Below are positions 1-10,636 of a stretch of 64,000 nt of DNA, in pieces. Within the stretch, counting starts at the first letter, position 1. Every line of letters begins with the position of its first letter. The position numbers were made by a program, and so were the translations under genes. The stretch comes from Bacillota bacterium (lineage in GTDB: Bacteria > Bacillota > Sulfobacillia > UBA8153): contig JBFLYN010000012.1 in NCBI GenBank assembly GCA_040756655.1, positions 5,098 through 69,097 on the forward strand. The letters are read 5' to 3'. Under the pieces are notes generated by a model. It was not told the origin of the DNA. It searched no databases and worked only from the letters and a program-made list of their open reading frames with translations.

Positions 1-1
1 G

Positions 2-121
2 CCGGGGGCTGTGACTCGCGCCGGGCTGGCAAACCTGGTCTTGCCCCTGGGTCAGATCGGCAGGGCAGCCAGCCGTATAGGAGGTGAGTTTAGGCTTGAA
101 TCCAAGGCAAAACGCGCATAA
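2..121 (+). CDS. cheB: 3' end of a chemotaxis methylesterase CheB-like gene (partial, starts outside window)
   Basis: Own translation of frame 2 gives PGAVTRAGLANLVLPLGQIGRAASRIGGEFRLESKAKRA-stop (TAA 119-121). The xxVLPLxxIxxxxxxI ending resembles CheB C-termini, and it lies directly upstream of cheR. Confidence 0.4.
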   Translation, partial: PGAVTRAGLANLVLPLGQIGRAASRIGGEFRLESKAKRA

Positions 122-899
122 CTTTCAGAGTGAAGAAGACACGTCCTATGCTTACCTGTGCCGGCGCCTGCGGGAACTGGGCGGCATGGATTTAGCCGCA
201 TACAAGAGTGCCCAGGTGCAAAGGCGTCTTAACTCCTTCTTGGAGCGGCACCGGCTCCCCAACCTGATCGCACTGGCCCGCTCGTTGGATGACCCGCAGC
301 GCCTGGAGGAGCTCAAGATCTTCTTGACCATCAATGTATCCGAGTTCTTTCGTAACCCCGAGCGTTTCTTGGAGCTGCAGGACCAGGTAATGCCCCACCT
401 GCCGCCGGGGGGAGTGCGTGTCTGGAGTGCCGGGTGCGCCAATGGGGCCGAGCCCTACACTCTGGCCATGATTATCCAAAAAGCCCGCCCTAACGTCGAG
501 CACCACGTCTGGGCCACTGATATCGACGGGCCTAGCCTGGCCAAGGCAGAGGCGGCCCTCTTTGGTCCACAAGATGTGAAAAGCGTGCCCCGGGGATTTC
601 TTCGGTCCAGTTTCGTGCAAGAGGGGCAGGTATACCGGGTACATCCAAGGGTTCGGCGACTAGTGCAGTTTGCCCGACACGACCTGCTCCGCGACGAGTT
701 TCCCACCGGTTATCACCTGGTAGTCTGCAGAAACGTCCTGATCTACTTCACGGAAGAGGCCCGCGCCAAGGTGTGCATGGGTTTTAGGCAGGCACTGGTA
801 CCGGGAGGCTTCCTCTTCATGGGCGGAACAGAGACACTGTTGAACCCGCCGGCGTTTGGATTTGCCCAGTTTAGGCCGTTTTTCTATCGTGCCGTTTGA
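84..899 (+). CDS. cheR: Chemotaxis protein methyltransferase CheR
   Basis: 271-aa ORF with the CheR N-terminal helical domain (AYKSAQVQRRLNSFL) and the SAM-binding motif VWSAGCANGAEPYTLAMI. The exact start is uncertain: GTG 84 abuts the GGAGG, and in-frame TTG 96 is better spaced. Confidence 0.85.
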   Translation: MSLGLNPRQNAHNFQSEEDTSYAYLCRRLRELGGMDLAAYKSAQVQRRLNSFLERHRLPNLIALARSLDDPQRLEELKIFLTINVSEFFRNPERFLELQDQVMPHLPPGGVRVWSAGCANGAEPYTLAMIIQKARPNVEHHVWATDIDGPSLAKAEAALFGPQDVKSVPRGFLRSSFVQEGQVYRVHPRVRRLVQFARHDLLRDEFPTGYHLVVCRNVLIYFTEEARAKVCMGFRQALVPGGFLFMGGTETLLNPPAFGFAQFRPFFYRAV

Positions 900-925
900 G
901 TCACTTTCCCAGGGGGGGGACTGTT

Positions 926-1423
926 ATGCTGAAGGCTTCATTCATCAACCCGTTTATCAAAGCAGCCTCTGAGGTCTTGCGGGCCGAGTGCAGTTTGACG
1001 GCTCGACGCGGCCAGCTGCGCATCGCTACCTCGAAGGCCACCTCTGCCGAGGTCACGGTAATCGTCGGAGTCACCGGGGACCTGCAGGGGATCGTCCTCT
1101 ACGGAATGTCTGAGCGCACCGCCAAGGCGCTTGCCGCCATCATGAGTAACATCCAGGTCCCGATCTTCGACAGCATGGCCGAGTCGGCCATTGCCGAGCT
1201 GGGCAACATGATAACCGGTCTGGCCACCAGTGGTCTGGAGGCCGAGGGGTACCTTTGCCAGCTCACACCTCCCACCATAGTCTCGGGGCGGGGAGTGATT
1301 ATCTCCACCATCAACATCCAGCACCTGGTCATCCCGGTGGAGACCGACCACGGAGGCCTTGAGATTAACGTCGCCATACGCAACGGTAGCACCGTAGAAA
1401 AGGGTTTTGGCAACTATGGCTAG
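926..1423 (+). CDS. cheX: CheX/CheC-family chemotaxis phosphatase-like protein
   Basis: MLKASFINPFIKAASEVL... with AELGNMITG is typical of the CheX/CheC family. ATG 926 is preceded by a G-rich SD. The ORF-track start at 896 is probably too long. Confidence 0.75.
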   Translation: MLKASFINPFIKAASEVLRAECSLTARRGQLRIATSKATSAEVTVIVGVTGDLQGIVLYGMSERTAKALAAIMSNIQVPIFDSMAESAIAELGNMITGLATSGLEAEGYLCQLTPPTIVSGRGVIISTINIQHLVIPVETDHGGLEINVAIRNGSTVEKGFGNYG

Positions 1424-1428
1424 ACAAG

Positions 1429-1454
1429 GGCCCCCGCAGCAGTTGGCGGGGGCC
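1429..1454. terminator. GC-rich hairpin between convergent cheX and rpsI (likely bidirectional terminator)
   Basis: ggcccccgc-agcagttg-gcgggggcc is a perfect 9-bp stem located between two convergent stop codons. Confidence 0.5.
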
Positions 1455-1463
1455 GGAAGGACT

Positions 1464-1859
1464 TTAGCGCTTGGAAAACTGCGGGGCCTTGCGGGCCTTC
1501 TTCAGCCCGTACTTGCGTCGCTCCTTCATCCTGGGGTCGCGGGTAAGGAACCCGGTCTTTTTTAACGTAGTCCGGTGTCCCTCATCGAAGCGGACCAGGG
1601 CCCGCGATATACCATGCCTGATGGCGCCCGCCTGACCGGCCACCCCACCACCACGGACGTTGACCATCACATCGAACTTGCCCACGTTGTCCGTGTTGCG
1701 CAGAGGGCTCTCCACCATGGTCCTTAGGGTCTCTAGGGGAAAGTATTCGTCCAAAGGCCGACCGTTCACGACGATACGGCCTCTCCCCGGGTACAAGCGC
1801 ACCCTGGCCACAGCTTCTTTACGCCTGCCCGTGCCGTAGAAGAACGAGAGGTGTCTCAC
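1464..1859 (-). CDS. rpsI: 30S ribosomal protein S9
   Basis: Protein ...[22 protein letters not shown]...[12 protein letters not shown] start at 1859 follows GGGGAGG+6 nt. The ORF-track N-terminus is an extension. Confidence 0.95.
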   Translation of the reverse strand: MRHLSFFYGTGRRKEAVARVRLYPGRGRIVVNGRPLDEYFPLETLRTMVESPLRNTDNVGKFDVMVNVRGGGVAGQAGAIRHGISRALVRFDEGHRTTLKKTGFLTRDPRMKERRKYGLKKARKAPQFSKR

Positions 1860-1860
1860 A

Positions 1861-2310
1861 CTAAACCTCCCCTCTGTCGAACCCTTGGAAGACTTCCGGC
1901 TTCTGGGCGGCGTGGGGATGAGCATTGCCAGAGTAGACCTTGAGCTTGTTCCCCATGCTGCGTCCCAGCCGGTTATGGGGCAGCATCCCTTTGACCGCTA
2001 GTTCTATGGCTTTCTCCGGGCGCTCCTTGATGAGTTTTCCGTACGGTGTGACCTTGAGCCCTCCCGGGTACATGGAGTGGCGGTACCACATCTTCTGTGT
2101 AGCCTTTTTGCCGGTCAGCACTACCTTGTCTGCGTTGATGACGATCACATGGTCTCCGGTATCCAGATGTGGGGTATAGGTGGGCTTGTGCTTCCCTCGT
2201 AGGAGGGTCGCCACCACCGTGGCCAACCGCCCCAGGGGCTTGCCGGTGGCGTCAATGATGTACCATTTGCGGGTGATGTCCCCGGTCTTGGCCATGTACG
2301 TAGTCCTCAA
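1861..2310 (-). CDS. rplM: 50S ribosomal protein L13
   Basis: [30 protein letters not shown]... TTG start at 2310 follows GGAGGAGG. Confidence 0.95.
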   Translation of the reverse strand: MRTTYMAKTGDITRKWYIIDATGKPLGRLATVVATLLRGKHKPTYTPHLDTGDHVIVINADKVVLTGKKATQKMWYRHSMYPGGLKVTPYGKLIKERPEKAIELAVKGMLPHNRLGRSMGNKLKVYSGNAHPHAAQKPEVFQGFDRGEV

Positions 2311-2372
2311 AACGTTACCTCCTCCCAGGCCCGCCGCCTGCAATGGTACGCAGGTAGGCGAACAGATCAATT

Positions 2373-3191
2373 TTAATATGCCGCAAGATGGCCTGTCAAG
2401 GCGCTAAGCCCGCTCATAGTGCCGTGCGGGTCAAGTATCCGTCCCAAGGGCGGTGGGTATTCCGCCCGGGCGAGCCATAGGCCCTGGGCCGGAGCAGTTG
2501 GACCCAGGAGCCCGCGCTCCCCGCGGGTCAGAGCCGGCTCAAAGCAACCCTCCACCTCCCGCCTGCCTGTACCTACCTGCATCAAGGTGCCAGCAATGAT
2601 CCTGGCCATGTTGTACAGGAATCCGTTGGCCGCCACCGTGATAGTGACCAGTGGGCCGCTTGCTTCTACTGCCACGCTTGTTACGGTCCTAGTCCAGCTG
2701 CGTGCCGACGACCCGGACGACTGGAATGCTCTGAAGTCATGGGTGCCCACTAGCTGGCTGCCCGCTTCCTGCATGGCCTGTACGTTGAGCCCGGCCGGCA
2801 GGTGGCTAACGTAGCGCCGGAGAAATGGGCTGCAGGTTGAGGCAGTCCACAAGGCGTATACGTATACCTTCCCCAGAGCGCTCCTGGTTGCGTGAAACTC
2901 CGGGCCGACTTCAGATGCCGAAAGCGCGCTCACATCCCCGGGTAGGTTGGCATTGAGCGCGTAGGCCAGCCTGTCCACAGGCACGGTACCACCGGTCCGG
3001 AAAGAGATCACCTGTCCTGCCGCATGAACTCCGGCGTCCGTCCTTCCGGCCGCCAGCACCTTCACAGGTTCGTCCATGATCTTCTCCAAGGCGGCTTCCA
3101 CTTCGCCCTGTACTGTCCTCTGCCCGGGCTGGTATTGCCAGCCGGCAAAAGCCGTCCCTTCATACTGGAGGAGCACGGCCAGCGATCTCAT
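2373..3191 (-). CDS. truA: tRNA pseudouridine(38-40) synthase TruA
   Basis: [30 protein letters not shown]...[11 protein letters not shown] carries the TruA catalytic motif. ATG 3191 follows GGGAGG+5 nt. Confidence 0.9.
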   Translation of the reverse strand: MRSLAVLLQYEGTAFAGWQYQPGQRTVQGEVEAALEKIMDEPVKVLAAGRTDAGVHAAGQVISFRTGGTVPVDRLAYALNANLPGDVSALSASEVGPEFHATRSALGKVYVYALWTASTCSPFLRRYVSHLPAGLNVQAMQEAGSQLVGTHDFRAFQSSGSSARSWTRTVTSVAVEASGPLVTITVAANGFLYNMARIIAGTLMQVGTGRREVEGCFEPALTRGERGLLGPTAPAQGLWLARAEYPPPLGRILDPHGTMSGLSALTGHLAAY

Positions 3192-3201
3192 GAAAACCTC
3201 C

Positions 3202-3999
3202 CTAGACAAACCGCAGAAAGACTACGAACGCGGCTACCAGCGAAGTAGCGGCTACTGCCACGTAGTCGGCGGGTCCAGCCCTAAGCTGGCGCATGCGAGT
3301 ACGGTTCTCTCCACCACGGTAGCAGCGTGCTTCCATGGCCATGGCCAGTTCGTCCGCCCTCCGGAACGCCCCCACAAATAACGGCACCAGCAGGGGCACC
3401 AAGCTACGGGCCCGTTGGAGCATGTTCCCGGTTTCGAAGTCCGCCCCTCGGGCCATCTGGGCTTTCATGACCTTCTCTGCTTCCTCTAGCAAGGTGGGAA
3501 TGAAGCGCAGGGCAATGGTCATCATCATGGCTAGTTCGTGGGCGGGCACACCCACCCGGGCAAAGGGCTTGAGCAACCTCTCCAAGCCGTCCGTAAGCGA
3601 TATGGGCGAGGTGGAAAGGGTCAAAAGCGAGGTGGTGCCAATAAGGATCACCAGCCGGGTGGCAACAAAGGCACCCTGCCAAAGCCCCTCCCAGGTCGCC
3701 GTGAACGGTCCCAGCCTGAACCACACATCACCCTTGGTCATAAACACGTGCAGCACCAGTGTGAACGTGAGAATGAACAGGATAGGCCTCAGCCCGCGCA
3801 GGATCATCCTTAGCGGGACGGTGGATAGATAGACAGCAAACAGCCCAAAGCCGGCCAGGATGGCAAAACTCAGAAACGACTTGGCCACAAACAGCACTAC
3901 GATGAAGACAAAGGTGGAACCAATTTTGGTCCTGGGATCCAGGCGGTGGATGGGTGATTCGGCAGCATAGTACTGCCCAATGATCACTCCTCTAAGCAC
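3202..3999 (-). CDS. ecfT: Energy-coupling factor transporter transmembrane subunit EcfT
   Basis: Polytopic membrane protein with IHRLDPRTKI and ...ARGADF... motifs. It follows the two ecfA genes, as is usual in Firmicutes. Confidence 0.9.
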   Translation of the reverse strand: MLRGVIIGQYYAAESPIHRLDPRTKIGSTFVFIVVLFVAKSFLSFAILAGFGLFAVYLSTVPLRMILRGLRPILFILTFTLVLHVFMTKGDVWFRLGPFTATWEGLWQGAFVATRLVILIGTTSLLTLSTSPISLTDGLERLLKPFARVGVPAHELAMMMTIALRFIPTLLEEAEKVMKAQMARGADFETGNMLQRARSLVPLLVPLFVGAFRRADELAMAMEARCYRGGENRTRMRQLRAGPADYVAVAATSLVAAFVVFLRFV

Positions 4000-4855
4000 T
4001 GGCTGGCCCCCTGTTCAACCGGGCGATTATCTCGTCGCGGGCCTCTTCCACGGTAAGCACATCCAGTCGCACTGCCAATCCCCGCTCCCTGAGTTTCTCC
4101 ATCACCGCGGTGATCTGCGGCGTACCCAGTCCCAAGTCGCGCAGTCGCTCGGTCTGGCTGAAAATGCCGGGAGTAGGTCCATCCATCACTACCCGGCCAT
4201 GCTGCATGACCACCAGCCGGCGGGTCATGCGGGCGATATCCTCCATGTTGTGGGACACTATGATTAAGGTCAGCTTGCGTTGGTCGTGAAGTTCCCGGAT
4301 ATGGGCCAGGATTTCGCCCCGCCCCCGGGGATCCAGGCCGGCGGTGGGCTCATCCAGCACCAGGACTTTCGGTTCCATGGCCAGCACTCCGGCAATGGCC
4401 ACTCGCCGCATCTGTCCTCCGCTCAGCTCGAAAGGCGAGCGTTCAGCCATGCTCTCCGGCAGCCCCACCATGGCCATGGCATCTCTCACCCGCTGCTGGA
4501 CCTCGCCCTCCGGAACACCCATGTTGCGTGGGCCAAATGCTATGTCCTTGGCGACTGTCTCCTCAAACAGCTGGTGCTCCGGGTACTGGAATATCACACC
4601 CACCTTCCGCCGGATGTTGCGGAGGTTGGTGCCGCGCTGGGACAAGTCCTCGCCATCCACCAGCACCCGGCCCTGGCATGCCTTCAACAGCCCGTTCAAG
4701 TGCTGTACCAGGGTGGACTTGCCCGATCCGGTGGGGCCGATGATGCCAATGGATTCCCCATCTTCAATGCGGAGACTCACCCCGGTTAGGGCTGTTACGG
4801 CGCTGGGCGTTCCGGGCAAATAGACATAACTGACATTGTGGAGCTCTATGGCCAA
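3992..4855 (-). CDS. ecfA2: ECF transporter ATPase EcfA2
   Basis: ABC ATPase with Walker [10 protein letters not shown], signature LSGGQ and Walker B VLVLDEP. It is the second ATPase after rplQ. Confidence 0.9.
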   Translation of the reverse strand: MAIELHNVSYVYLPGTPSAVTALTGVSLRIEDGESIGIIGPTGSGKSTLVQHLNGLLKACQGRVLVDGEDLSQRGTNLRNIRRKVGVIFQYPEHQLFEETVAKDIAFGPRNMGVPEGEVQQRVRDAMAMVGLPESMAERSPFELSGGQMRRVAIAGVLAMEPKVLVLDEPTAGLDPRGRGEILAHIRELHDQRKLTLIIVSHNMEDIARMTRRLVVMQHGRVVMDGPTPGIFSQTERLRDLGLGTPQITAVMEKLRERGLAVRLDVLTVEEARDEIIARLNRGPASA

Positions 4856-5670
4856 AGCCGCATCACCAGCTCATCAACTGTTAGGACGTCAGGTGGTACA
4901 TCCACACCGCGGACCCGCAATTGGTGGGCCAGTTCGGTAACGGGAGGAATGTCCAGCCCGCAAGATTTCAGGAGTTCAACCTGGGTGAACACTTCCCGGG
5001 GAGAGCCCTCCAGAACAATCCGGCCCTCGTTCATGACTATGACCCGGTCTGCATGTACTGCTTCGTCCATGTAATGCGTTATGTGCACAACCGTGATTCC
5101 CTTTTCGTCGTTCAACTTCTTTACAGTGCGCAAGACCTCGGCCCGGCCGGCCGGGTCCAGCATGGCCGTGGGCTCGTCCAAGATGATCACCTCGGGCTGC
5201 ATGGCCAGTATACCGGCTATGGCAACCCTCTGTTTCTGCCCTCCTGACAGCAAGTGAGGCGCGTGCCTCTCGTACCCCGTCATATCTACCGCAACCAAGC
5301 TGCCGGCCACTCGCCGAACGATTTCTGCCGGAGGGATCCCAAGGTTCTCGGGCCCGAAGGCCACGTCCTCTTCGACGGTGGTTGCTACCAGCTGGTTGTC
5401 CGGATTCTGAAACACCATCCCGGCGGCACGCCTGATCTCCCAAAGCTGGGCGGCGTCCCGGGTGTCCATTCCCTTGACCCATACTTCCCCGGTAGTGGGG
5501 AGAAGCAGGGCGTTGAGATGCTTGGCGAGGGTGGACTTGCCCGACCCGTTGGGGCCGATGATTACCACAAACTCCCCCGCCCGAACGTCCAGGTCGACGC
5601 CCTCAAGAGCCTCGACCTGGGTTTCACCTGCTCCATATTGATGGCTGAGCTTTCTAACAGAGATGATCAT
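4846..5670 (-). CDS. ecfA1: ECF transporter ATPase EcfA1
   Basis: ABC ATPase with [17 protein letters not shown] and IILDEP motifs. It is the first gene after rplQ. Confidence 0.9.
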   Translation of the reverse strand: MIISVRKLSHQYGAGETQVEALEGVDLDVRAGEFVVIIGPNGSGKSTLAKHLNALLLPTTGEVWVKGMDTRDAAQLWEIRRAAGMVFQNPDNQLVATTVEEDVAFGPENLGIPPAEIVRRVAGSLVAVDMTGYERHAPHLLSGGQKQRVAIAGILAMQPEVIILDEPTAMLDPAGRAEVLRTVKKLNDEKGITVVHITHYMDEAVHADRVIVMNEGRIVLEGSPREVFTQVELLKSCGLDIPPVTELAHQLRVRGVDVPPDVLTVDELVMRLWP

Positions 5671-5681
5671 CTGCCGGCCTA

Positions 5682-5700
5682 CACCTCCTTCTTGGAGGTG
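5682..5700 (-). promoter_or_regulatory. Hairpin pairing the ecfA1 Shine-Dalgarno with a perfect anti-SD
   Basis: The minus strand reads CACCTCC-AAGAA-GGAGGTG and then 11 nt to the ecfA1 ATG. The stem is a perfect 7 bp. Confidence 0.35.
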
Positions 5701-5716
5701 ACGTCCACACTGGTCC

Positions 5717-6055
5717 TTAGATGAGCTCGAGTATGACCATGGGTGCGGCGTCGCCCCGGCGGTTTCCCAGCTTTATCATACGCGTATAGCCGCCCGGACG
5801 GTGGGCATACCTGGGTCCTATGGTTTCAAAGAGCTTCTTGACCACGCTTTCGTCAGTTATGAAAGCCAGTGCCTGCCTGCGGGCATGCAGACTCTCTTGC
5901 TTGCCCAAGGTAATCATCTTCTCCGCCAGTGACCGGGTCTCCCTGGCGCGAACCTCGGTGGTCTCTATCCTCTCGTTGGCCAGCAATGCCGTGACCAGCC
6001 CGCGCAACATGGCCCGTCTTTGGCTGCTGGGCCTGCCCAGCTTGGCATAGCCCAT
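5717..6055 (-). CDS. rplQ: 50S ribosomal protein L17
   Basis: [33 protein letters not shown]... ATG 6055 follows AAGGAG. Confidence 0.95.
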   Translation of the reverse strand: MGYAKLGRPSSQRRAMLRGLVTALLANERIETTEVRARETRSLAEKMITLGKQESLHARRQALAFITDESVVKKLFETIGPRYAHRPGGYTRMIKLGNRRGDAAPMVILELI

Positions 6056-6080
6056 AAAACATTCACTCCTTAAGGGCAGC

Positions 6081-7025
6081 TCATTCCTCAGAAGGTCTGA
6101 GCGCAAGTCCCAGTGATGCGAGTTTTTGTTTGACTTCCTCCAGCGATTTCTTGCCCAGGTTGCGGACTTTGATCATTTCCTCGTCAGTGCGGTCAACCAG
6201 CTCGCCCACGGTGTTGATGCCGGCACGCTTTAGACAGTTAAACGACCTCACTGACAGGTCCAGCTCTTCTATGAGCATTTCGTGGAGACGCGTCCGCTCG
6301 CTCTCCTCACGCTGGTTCATGAGCTCGACCTTATCCGACTCTTCACCAAGGCTGATGAACAAAGACAGGTGCTCACAAAGGATCTTTGCCCCCAGGCTCA
6401 TGGCCTCGTCGGGCTTGACTGTACCATTGGTCCATACTTCCATGGTCAGGCGGTCATAGTCGGTCACTTGCCCCACCCGGGTATTCTCAACGGTGAAATT
6501 CACCCGCCGGATGGGGGTAAATATGGAATCCACGGCAATTTCCCCGATGGGCTGATCGGGCCTTTTGTTCTTGTCCTCGGTGACGTACCCCCGTCCCCTC
6601 TCCACCATCATCTCCATGACCAGTCTTCCGCCGTCCAGGGTGGCGATGACCAGGTCAGGATTGAGGATCTCGATGTCGGGCCCGGCGATGATGTCGGCGG
6701 CCGTTACCACGCCATCCCCCGAGGCATCGATGCGGATGATCTCGGGTCCATCCACGTACATTCTCAGGGCCAGCTGCTTTAGATTGAGGATGATATCAGT
6801 GGTGTCCTCCCTGACTCCCGGAATGGTCGAGAACTGGTGCAGGACTCCCTCTATCTTGACGGAAGTCACGGCCGCCCCCGGCAGCGAAGACAGGAGAATC
6901 CTTCGCAGTGAGTTCCCCAGGGTGGTGCCGTATCCTCGCTCTAGCGGCTCAACGACGAACCGCCCGTAGCGGTAATCGGGAGCCATGTCGACACATTCAA
7001 TGTGGGGCTTTTCGATCTCGATCAT
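6081..7025 (-). CDS. rpoA: DNA-directed RNA polymerase subunit alpha
   Basis: [13 protein letters not shown]...[22 protein letters not shown]...[16 protein letters not shown] 7025 follows GAGGGGG. Confidence 0.95.
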   Translation of the reverse strand: MIEIEKPHIECVDMAPDYRYGRFVVEPLERGYGTTLGNSLRRILLSSLPGAAVTSVKIEGVLHQFSTIPGVREDTTDIILNLKQLALRMYVDGPEIIRIDASGDGVVTAADIIAGPDIEILNPDLVIATLDGGRLVMEMMVERGRGYVTEDKNKRPDQPIGEIAVDSIFTPIRRVNFTVENTRVGQVTDYDRLTMEVWTNGTVKPDEAMSLGAKILCEHLSLFISLGEESDKVELMNQREESERTRLHEMLIEELDLSVRSFNCLKRAGINTVGELVDRTDEEMIKVRNLGKKSLEEVKQKLASLGLALRPSEE

Positions 7026-7068
7026 CCAGCAAACCCCCTCATCATCTGTTAACCCCAGGGGTCTTTCA

Positions 7069-7695
7069 CTACTTGGAATACAGCTCAACGATCAAGTGCT
7101 CCTTTACTGGAACATCGATCTCATCCCGCCGTGGCAACCTGATGACCGTGCCGCGCAGGTTCTCAGCATCCACTTGCATCCAGCCGGGCGCGGTGCGCGT
7201 CTTGGCCAGTTCAGCTAGTTCCTTGACCTTGGCCACGTCCCGGCTGCGGGGAGAGATCGCCACCACATCGCCTTCGCGCACCAAGTATGATGGTATGTTG
7301 ACCTTCCGGTCGTTTACCTTGAAATGCCCGTGCCGGACCAGCTGCCGTCCTTCCGCACGGGACCCGGCAAAACCCATCCGGTAGACAACGTTGTCCAGCC
7401 GCCTCTCCAGAAGCTGCAACAGTGCCTCACCGGTAACACCCTTGGCCTTGGCAGCTATGGAGAAGTATCGCCTAAACTGCCGCTCTAGGACCCCGTAAAT
7501 CCGTCGCGCTTTCTGCTTCTCGCGCATCTGTACACCATAGGGGGTGTCCTTCTTCCGGGTCTGCCCATGCTGCCCGGGCGGTACTGCTCTTCTGTCCATG
7601 GGACACTTGGGCATGTAACACCGCTCGCCCTTAAGGTACAGCTTAATACCTTCACGCCTGCACAAACGGCAGACAGCCTTGGTATACCTGGCCAA
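7069..7695 (-). CDS. rpsD: 30S ribosomal protein S4
   Basis: [26 protein letters not shown]... is canonical S4, located in the alpha operon. Confidence 0.95.
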   Translation of the reverse strand: MARYTKAVCRLCRREGIKLYLKGERCYMPKCPMDRRAVPPGQHGQTRKKDTPYGVQMREKQKARRIYGVLERQFRRYFSIAAKAKGVTGEALLQLLERRLDNVVYRMGFAGSRAEGRQLVRHGHFKVNDRKVNIPSYLVREGDVVAISPRSRDVAKVKELAELAKTRTAPGWMQVDAENLRGTVIRLPRRDEIDVPVKEHLIVELYSK

Positions 7696-7719
7696 TATCT
7701 CTACCTCCTCAGTACCGGC

Positions 7720-8109
7720 TCAGACTCTTCTGCGTTTAGGTGGCCGGCAGCCGTTATGTGGAATAGGCGTAACGTCCTTGATGGAGCTAACTTCAAGGCC
7801 TGCCGCCTGCAGCGACCGGATGGCGGCTTCCCGGCCTGCCCCCGGACCTTTCACGAAGACCTCCACTTCCCGCATGCCGTGCTCCATGGCCTCCTTGGCC
7901 GCGGTCTCCGCTGCCATCTGGGCTGCAAACGGCGTGCTCTTCCGGGAGCCCTTGAAGCCCATGCTACCGGCAGTCGCCCAGGACAGGATGTTGCCCTGGG
8001 GGTCACAGATGCTGACTATGGTATTGTTAAACGATGACCGTACATGAGCCGTTCCCCGCTCAATCAGGCGCCGGTCCTTGCGTCTTGGCCTGGCCTGTCT
8101 CCGTGCCAT
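7720..8109 (-). CDS. rpsK: 30S ribosomal protein S11
   Basis: ...[22 protein letters not shown]...[14 protein letters not shown]. Confidence 0.95.
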   Translation of the reverse strand: MARRQARPRRKDRRLIERGTAHVRSSFNNTIVSICDPQGNILSWATAGSMGFKGSRKSTPFAAQMAAETAAKEAMEHGMREVEVFVKGPGAGREAAIRSLQAAGLEVSSIKDVTPIPHNGCRPPKRRRV

Positions 8110-8128
8110 GTGGGCACCTCCCTGTGTT

Positions 8129-8500
8129 TTACTTCTTCCTGCGGACTCCCACCGTCTTCTTCTTGCCCTTGCGAGTTCTGGCGTTGGTCTGGGTGCGCTG
8201 TCCTCTCACCGGCAGCCCCCGGCGGTGGCGCAGGCCACGGTAAGAGCCAATGTCGATAAGGCGCTTGATATTCATCTGTATCTCGCGCTGCAGGTCACCC
8301 TCGACCTTGTAATCCTTATCTATGACTTCCCTCAAACGGGAGATCTCGTCTTCAGTCAGGTCGCGCACGCGCGTAGCGGGGTTGATCCCCGTCCGGTCAA
8401 GGATTTCCCTCGACCGTGGCCAGCCGATCCCGAAAATGCTGGGTAGCGCTGCGTCAATCCTCTTTTCACGCGGAAGGTCAACTCCAGCGATTCTTGCCAA
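8129..8500 (-). CDS. rpsM: 30S ribosomal protein S13
   Basis: [15 protein letters not shown]...[17 protein letters not shown]. Confidence 0.95.
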   Translation of the reverse strand: MARIAGVDLPREKRIDAALPSIFGIGWPRSREILDRTGINPATRVRDLTEDEISRLREVIDKDYKVEGDLQREIQMNIKRLIDIGSYRGLRHRRGLPVRGQRTQTNARTRKGKKKTVGVRRKK

Positions 8501-8519
8501 CTATTCCACCTCCTCCCGG

Positions 8520-8633
8520 TTAGCCCTGTCTTTGTTTGTGCTTGGGGTTTTGACAGATGATCATGACCCGGCCCTGTCGCCGGATAACCTTGCATTTTTC
8601 ACAGATGACCTTGACCGATGGTCTGACTTTCAC
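8520..8633 (-). CDS. rpmJ: 50S ribosomal protein L36 (Cys-containing, Zn-type)
   Basis: Not in the ORF track. Own translation of the minus strand gives [37 protein letters not shown]-stop, with a GTG start. It sits between infA and rpsM. Confidence 0.9.
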   Translation of the reverse strand: MKVRPSVKVICEKCKVIRRQGRVMIICQNPKHKQRQG

Positions 8634-8666
8634 TACTTCAAACCTCCTCAGAAGCCCGCTAGTCCA

Positions 8667-8885
8667 CTATTTGTAACGGCGGGTTATGCGCCCACGGGAC
8701 AGGTCGTACGGCGAGAGTTCCACAAGCACCCGGTCGCCAGGAAGAATCCGGATAAAATTGATTCGAATCTTGCCGGAAGCGTGAGCAAGAACCTTGTGCC
8801 CGTTGGCCAATTCCACCCGGAACATCGCGTTGGGCAGCGGCTCAACCACTGTCCCCTCAACTTCGATCACATCCTGCTTGGGCAT
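8667..8885 (-). CDS. infA: Translation initiation factor IF-1
   Basis: [41 protein letters not shown]... Confidence 0.95.
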   Translation of the reverse strand: MPKQDVIEVEGTVVEPLPNAMFRVELANGHKVLAHASGKIRINFIRILPGDRVLVELSPYDLSRGRITRRYK

Positions 8886-9166
8886 ACCAGCGCATCACCC
8901 TCCCTTGCTTCGGCTCTGTTCTCCCCTTCACCAAGCCTGGCCAACGCCCAGCGAATGGACTCGTCTTTTACACTGTCAAGCAGTTTGTCGTGGACAATCA
9001 GGTGCTTGATGTTTTTCTTCTTGGGCCGCTCCGATGGGCGGCTGCTCCCATTACTTAGCAGCACATGCCGCTGGTCAAGGTTGCCCACAATTACATAGGC
9101 CTGGCCCCGGTCCCGGCCGCAGCGTGAAGTCACTACGCGTCCGATTTGGAAACCCGCCGGCTGCAT
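8867..9166 (-). CDS. KOW-domain RNA-binding protein (small conserved ORF between map and infA in Clostridia)
   Basis: [28 protein letters not shown]...[10 protein letters not shown] is KOW-like. Its 3' end overlaps the infA start. Start chosen at the internal ATG. Confidence 0.7.
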   Translation of the reverse strand: MQPAGFQIGRVVTSRCGRDRGQAYVIVGNLDQRHVLLSNGSSRPSERPKKKNIKHLIVHDKLLDSVKDESIRWALARLGEGENRAEAREGDALVCPSRM

Positions 9167-9224
9167 CCTGCGACCCCCGTCCAAAAACACACCATTTGAT
9201 CATCATTGCCCATAATCTGCCAGC

Positions 9225-9974
9225 CTATTCCTCAGTTGTCAGGACGATGACCCCGGTCTCGGTGACGGCCACAGTGTGCTCAAAGTGGGCCGACAGGGAA
9301 TGATCCCGTGTCACCACGGTCCAACCATCCCCCAGGGTACATACCTGGTAGGCACCGGCATTCACCATGGGCTCGATGGCCAATGTCATCCCCGGTCTGA
9401 GCACCGGTCCGTTGCCGGGTGTTCCAAAGTTCGGCACTTGCGGATCCTCGTGCATTTTCCGCCCGATGCCATGCCCTACCAGTTCCCTTACCACGGAAAA
9501 GCCCTGGGACTCCACGTGGGACTGGACGGCATAGCCGATATCCGACACATAGACTCCCGGCCTCACGGTAGCCACTGCCCTGGCCAGCGCCTCCCGGGCC
9601 ACCTCTAGCAGTTTCTCAACTTCCGGCGTCACCTCGCCAATGGGCAGCGAGATGGCTGCATCCCCGTGAAACCCTCGGTAGAAGACACCTACATCGATGC
9701 TCAACAGGTCACCCTCGGCCAGCTTTCGCGGCCCGGGTATACCGTGGACCACCTGCTCGTTGATGGACGTACATATGCTGGCGGGAAAGCCCTGGTATCC
9801 CTTGAATGACGGCTCCGCCCCCGCCTTCTTGATCATGTCCTCAGCGATAGCATCCAGCCTGCGGGTGGTGATGCCCGGCCGGGCTTCCTGGGCCAGTCTC
9901 GCCAGCACCCGGGCCACCATGCGACCTGATTCCCTCATGATGGCCAGTTCGTCGGCGGACTTGAGAGTGATCAT
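9225..9974 (-). CDS. map: Type I methionine aminopeptidase
   Basis: 249 aa with ...HGIPG...DVG...GFHGD...HGIGR...EPM... metal-ligand motifs. Confidence 0.95.
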   Translation of the reverse strand: MITLKSADELAIMRESGRMVARVLARLAQEARPGITTRRLDAIAEDMIKKAGAEPSFKGYQGFPASICTSINEQVVHGIPGPRKLAEGDLLSIDVGVFYRGFHGDAAISLPIGEVTPEVEKLLEVAREALARAVATVRPGVYVSDIGYAVQSHVESQGFSVVRELVGHGIGRKMHEDPQVPNFGTPGNGPVLRPGMTLAIEPMVNAGAYQVCTLGDGWTVVTRDHSLSAHFEHTVAVTETGVIVLTTEE

Positions 9975-10633
9975 CAGCTCAGCCCCTGGAGGATGCCGGA
10001 CAGTTCAGCCAGTACCTCGTCAATGGAACGGTTTCCGTCCACGACCCAAAGCTCCCCGCGCTCGCGGTAATAGTCCAAGAGAACGGCCGTGTGCTCGTGG
10101 TACACCTTTAGCCGGTTCCTGACCGTGTCCTCCCGGTCGTCGCTGCGCAGAAACAACTCGCCGCCGCAAGCGTCGCAGAGTCCGGTAGTCCGGGGCGGGT
10201 TCGATTCCAAGTGGTAAGTGCGCCCGCACTGGCGGCAGACTCGCCGCCCCACCGAACGCCGCACCAGTTCCTCTACGGGTACCTCAATACTGATGGCACC
10301 GTCCAAAGGTATCTCCAGCTCATTAAGAACGGCCTGCAGCACACCGGCCTGGGCGAGGTTACGGGGAAACCCGTCCAATATGAAGCCTTTCCTGCAGTCG
10401 TCCTCGGCCAGCCGTTCTTTGATGATCGCGTTGGTGATTTCATCCGGTACCAGCGCGCCCTTCTCCATGTAGGAGCTGGCCTCGCGCCCCAAGGGAGTGC
10501 CGGCCCGGGCCGCCCGCCTGAACATCTCGCCGGGCGAGACGTGAGGGATCCCGAACTTGCCTGCCAGCATGGCAGCCTGGGTCCCTTTCCCGGCTCCTGG
10601 CGGTCCCATCAAGATCACGTGCACCCCGTCCAC
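9974..10633 (-). CDS. adk: Adenylate kinase (Zn-lid type)
   Basis: ILMGPPGAGKGTQA P-loop and CRQCGRTYH...CDACGG lid. The start may instead be GTG 10624. Confidence 0.93.
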   Translation of the reverse strand: MDGVHVILMGPPGAGKGTQAAMLAGKFGIPHVSPGEMFRRAARAGTPLGREASSYMEKGALVPDEITNAIIKERLAEDDCRKGFILDGFPRNLAQAGVLQAVLNELEIPLDGAISIEVPVEELVRRSVGRRVCRQCGRTYHLESNPPRTTGLCDACGGELFLRSDDREDTVRNRLKVYHEHTAVLLDYYRERGELWVVDGNRSIDEVLAELSGILQGLS

Positions 10634-10636
10634 CTC

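Noticed and set aside
912-919. G8 homopolymer in front of cheX (a C8 run also occurs at 24267..24274), considered as a slipped-strand phase-variation tract
   Set aside because: The same kind of G-run forms the SD of essential fusA and other genes here. It looks like the normal strong-SD style of this genome rather than a contingency locus.
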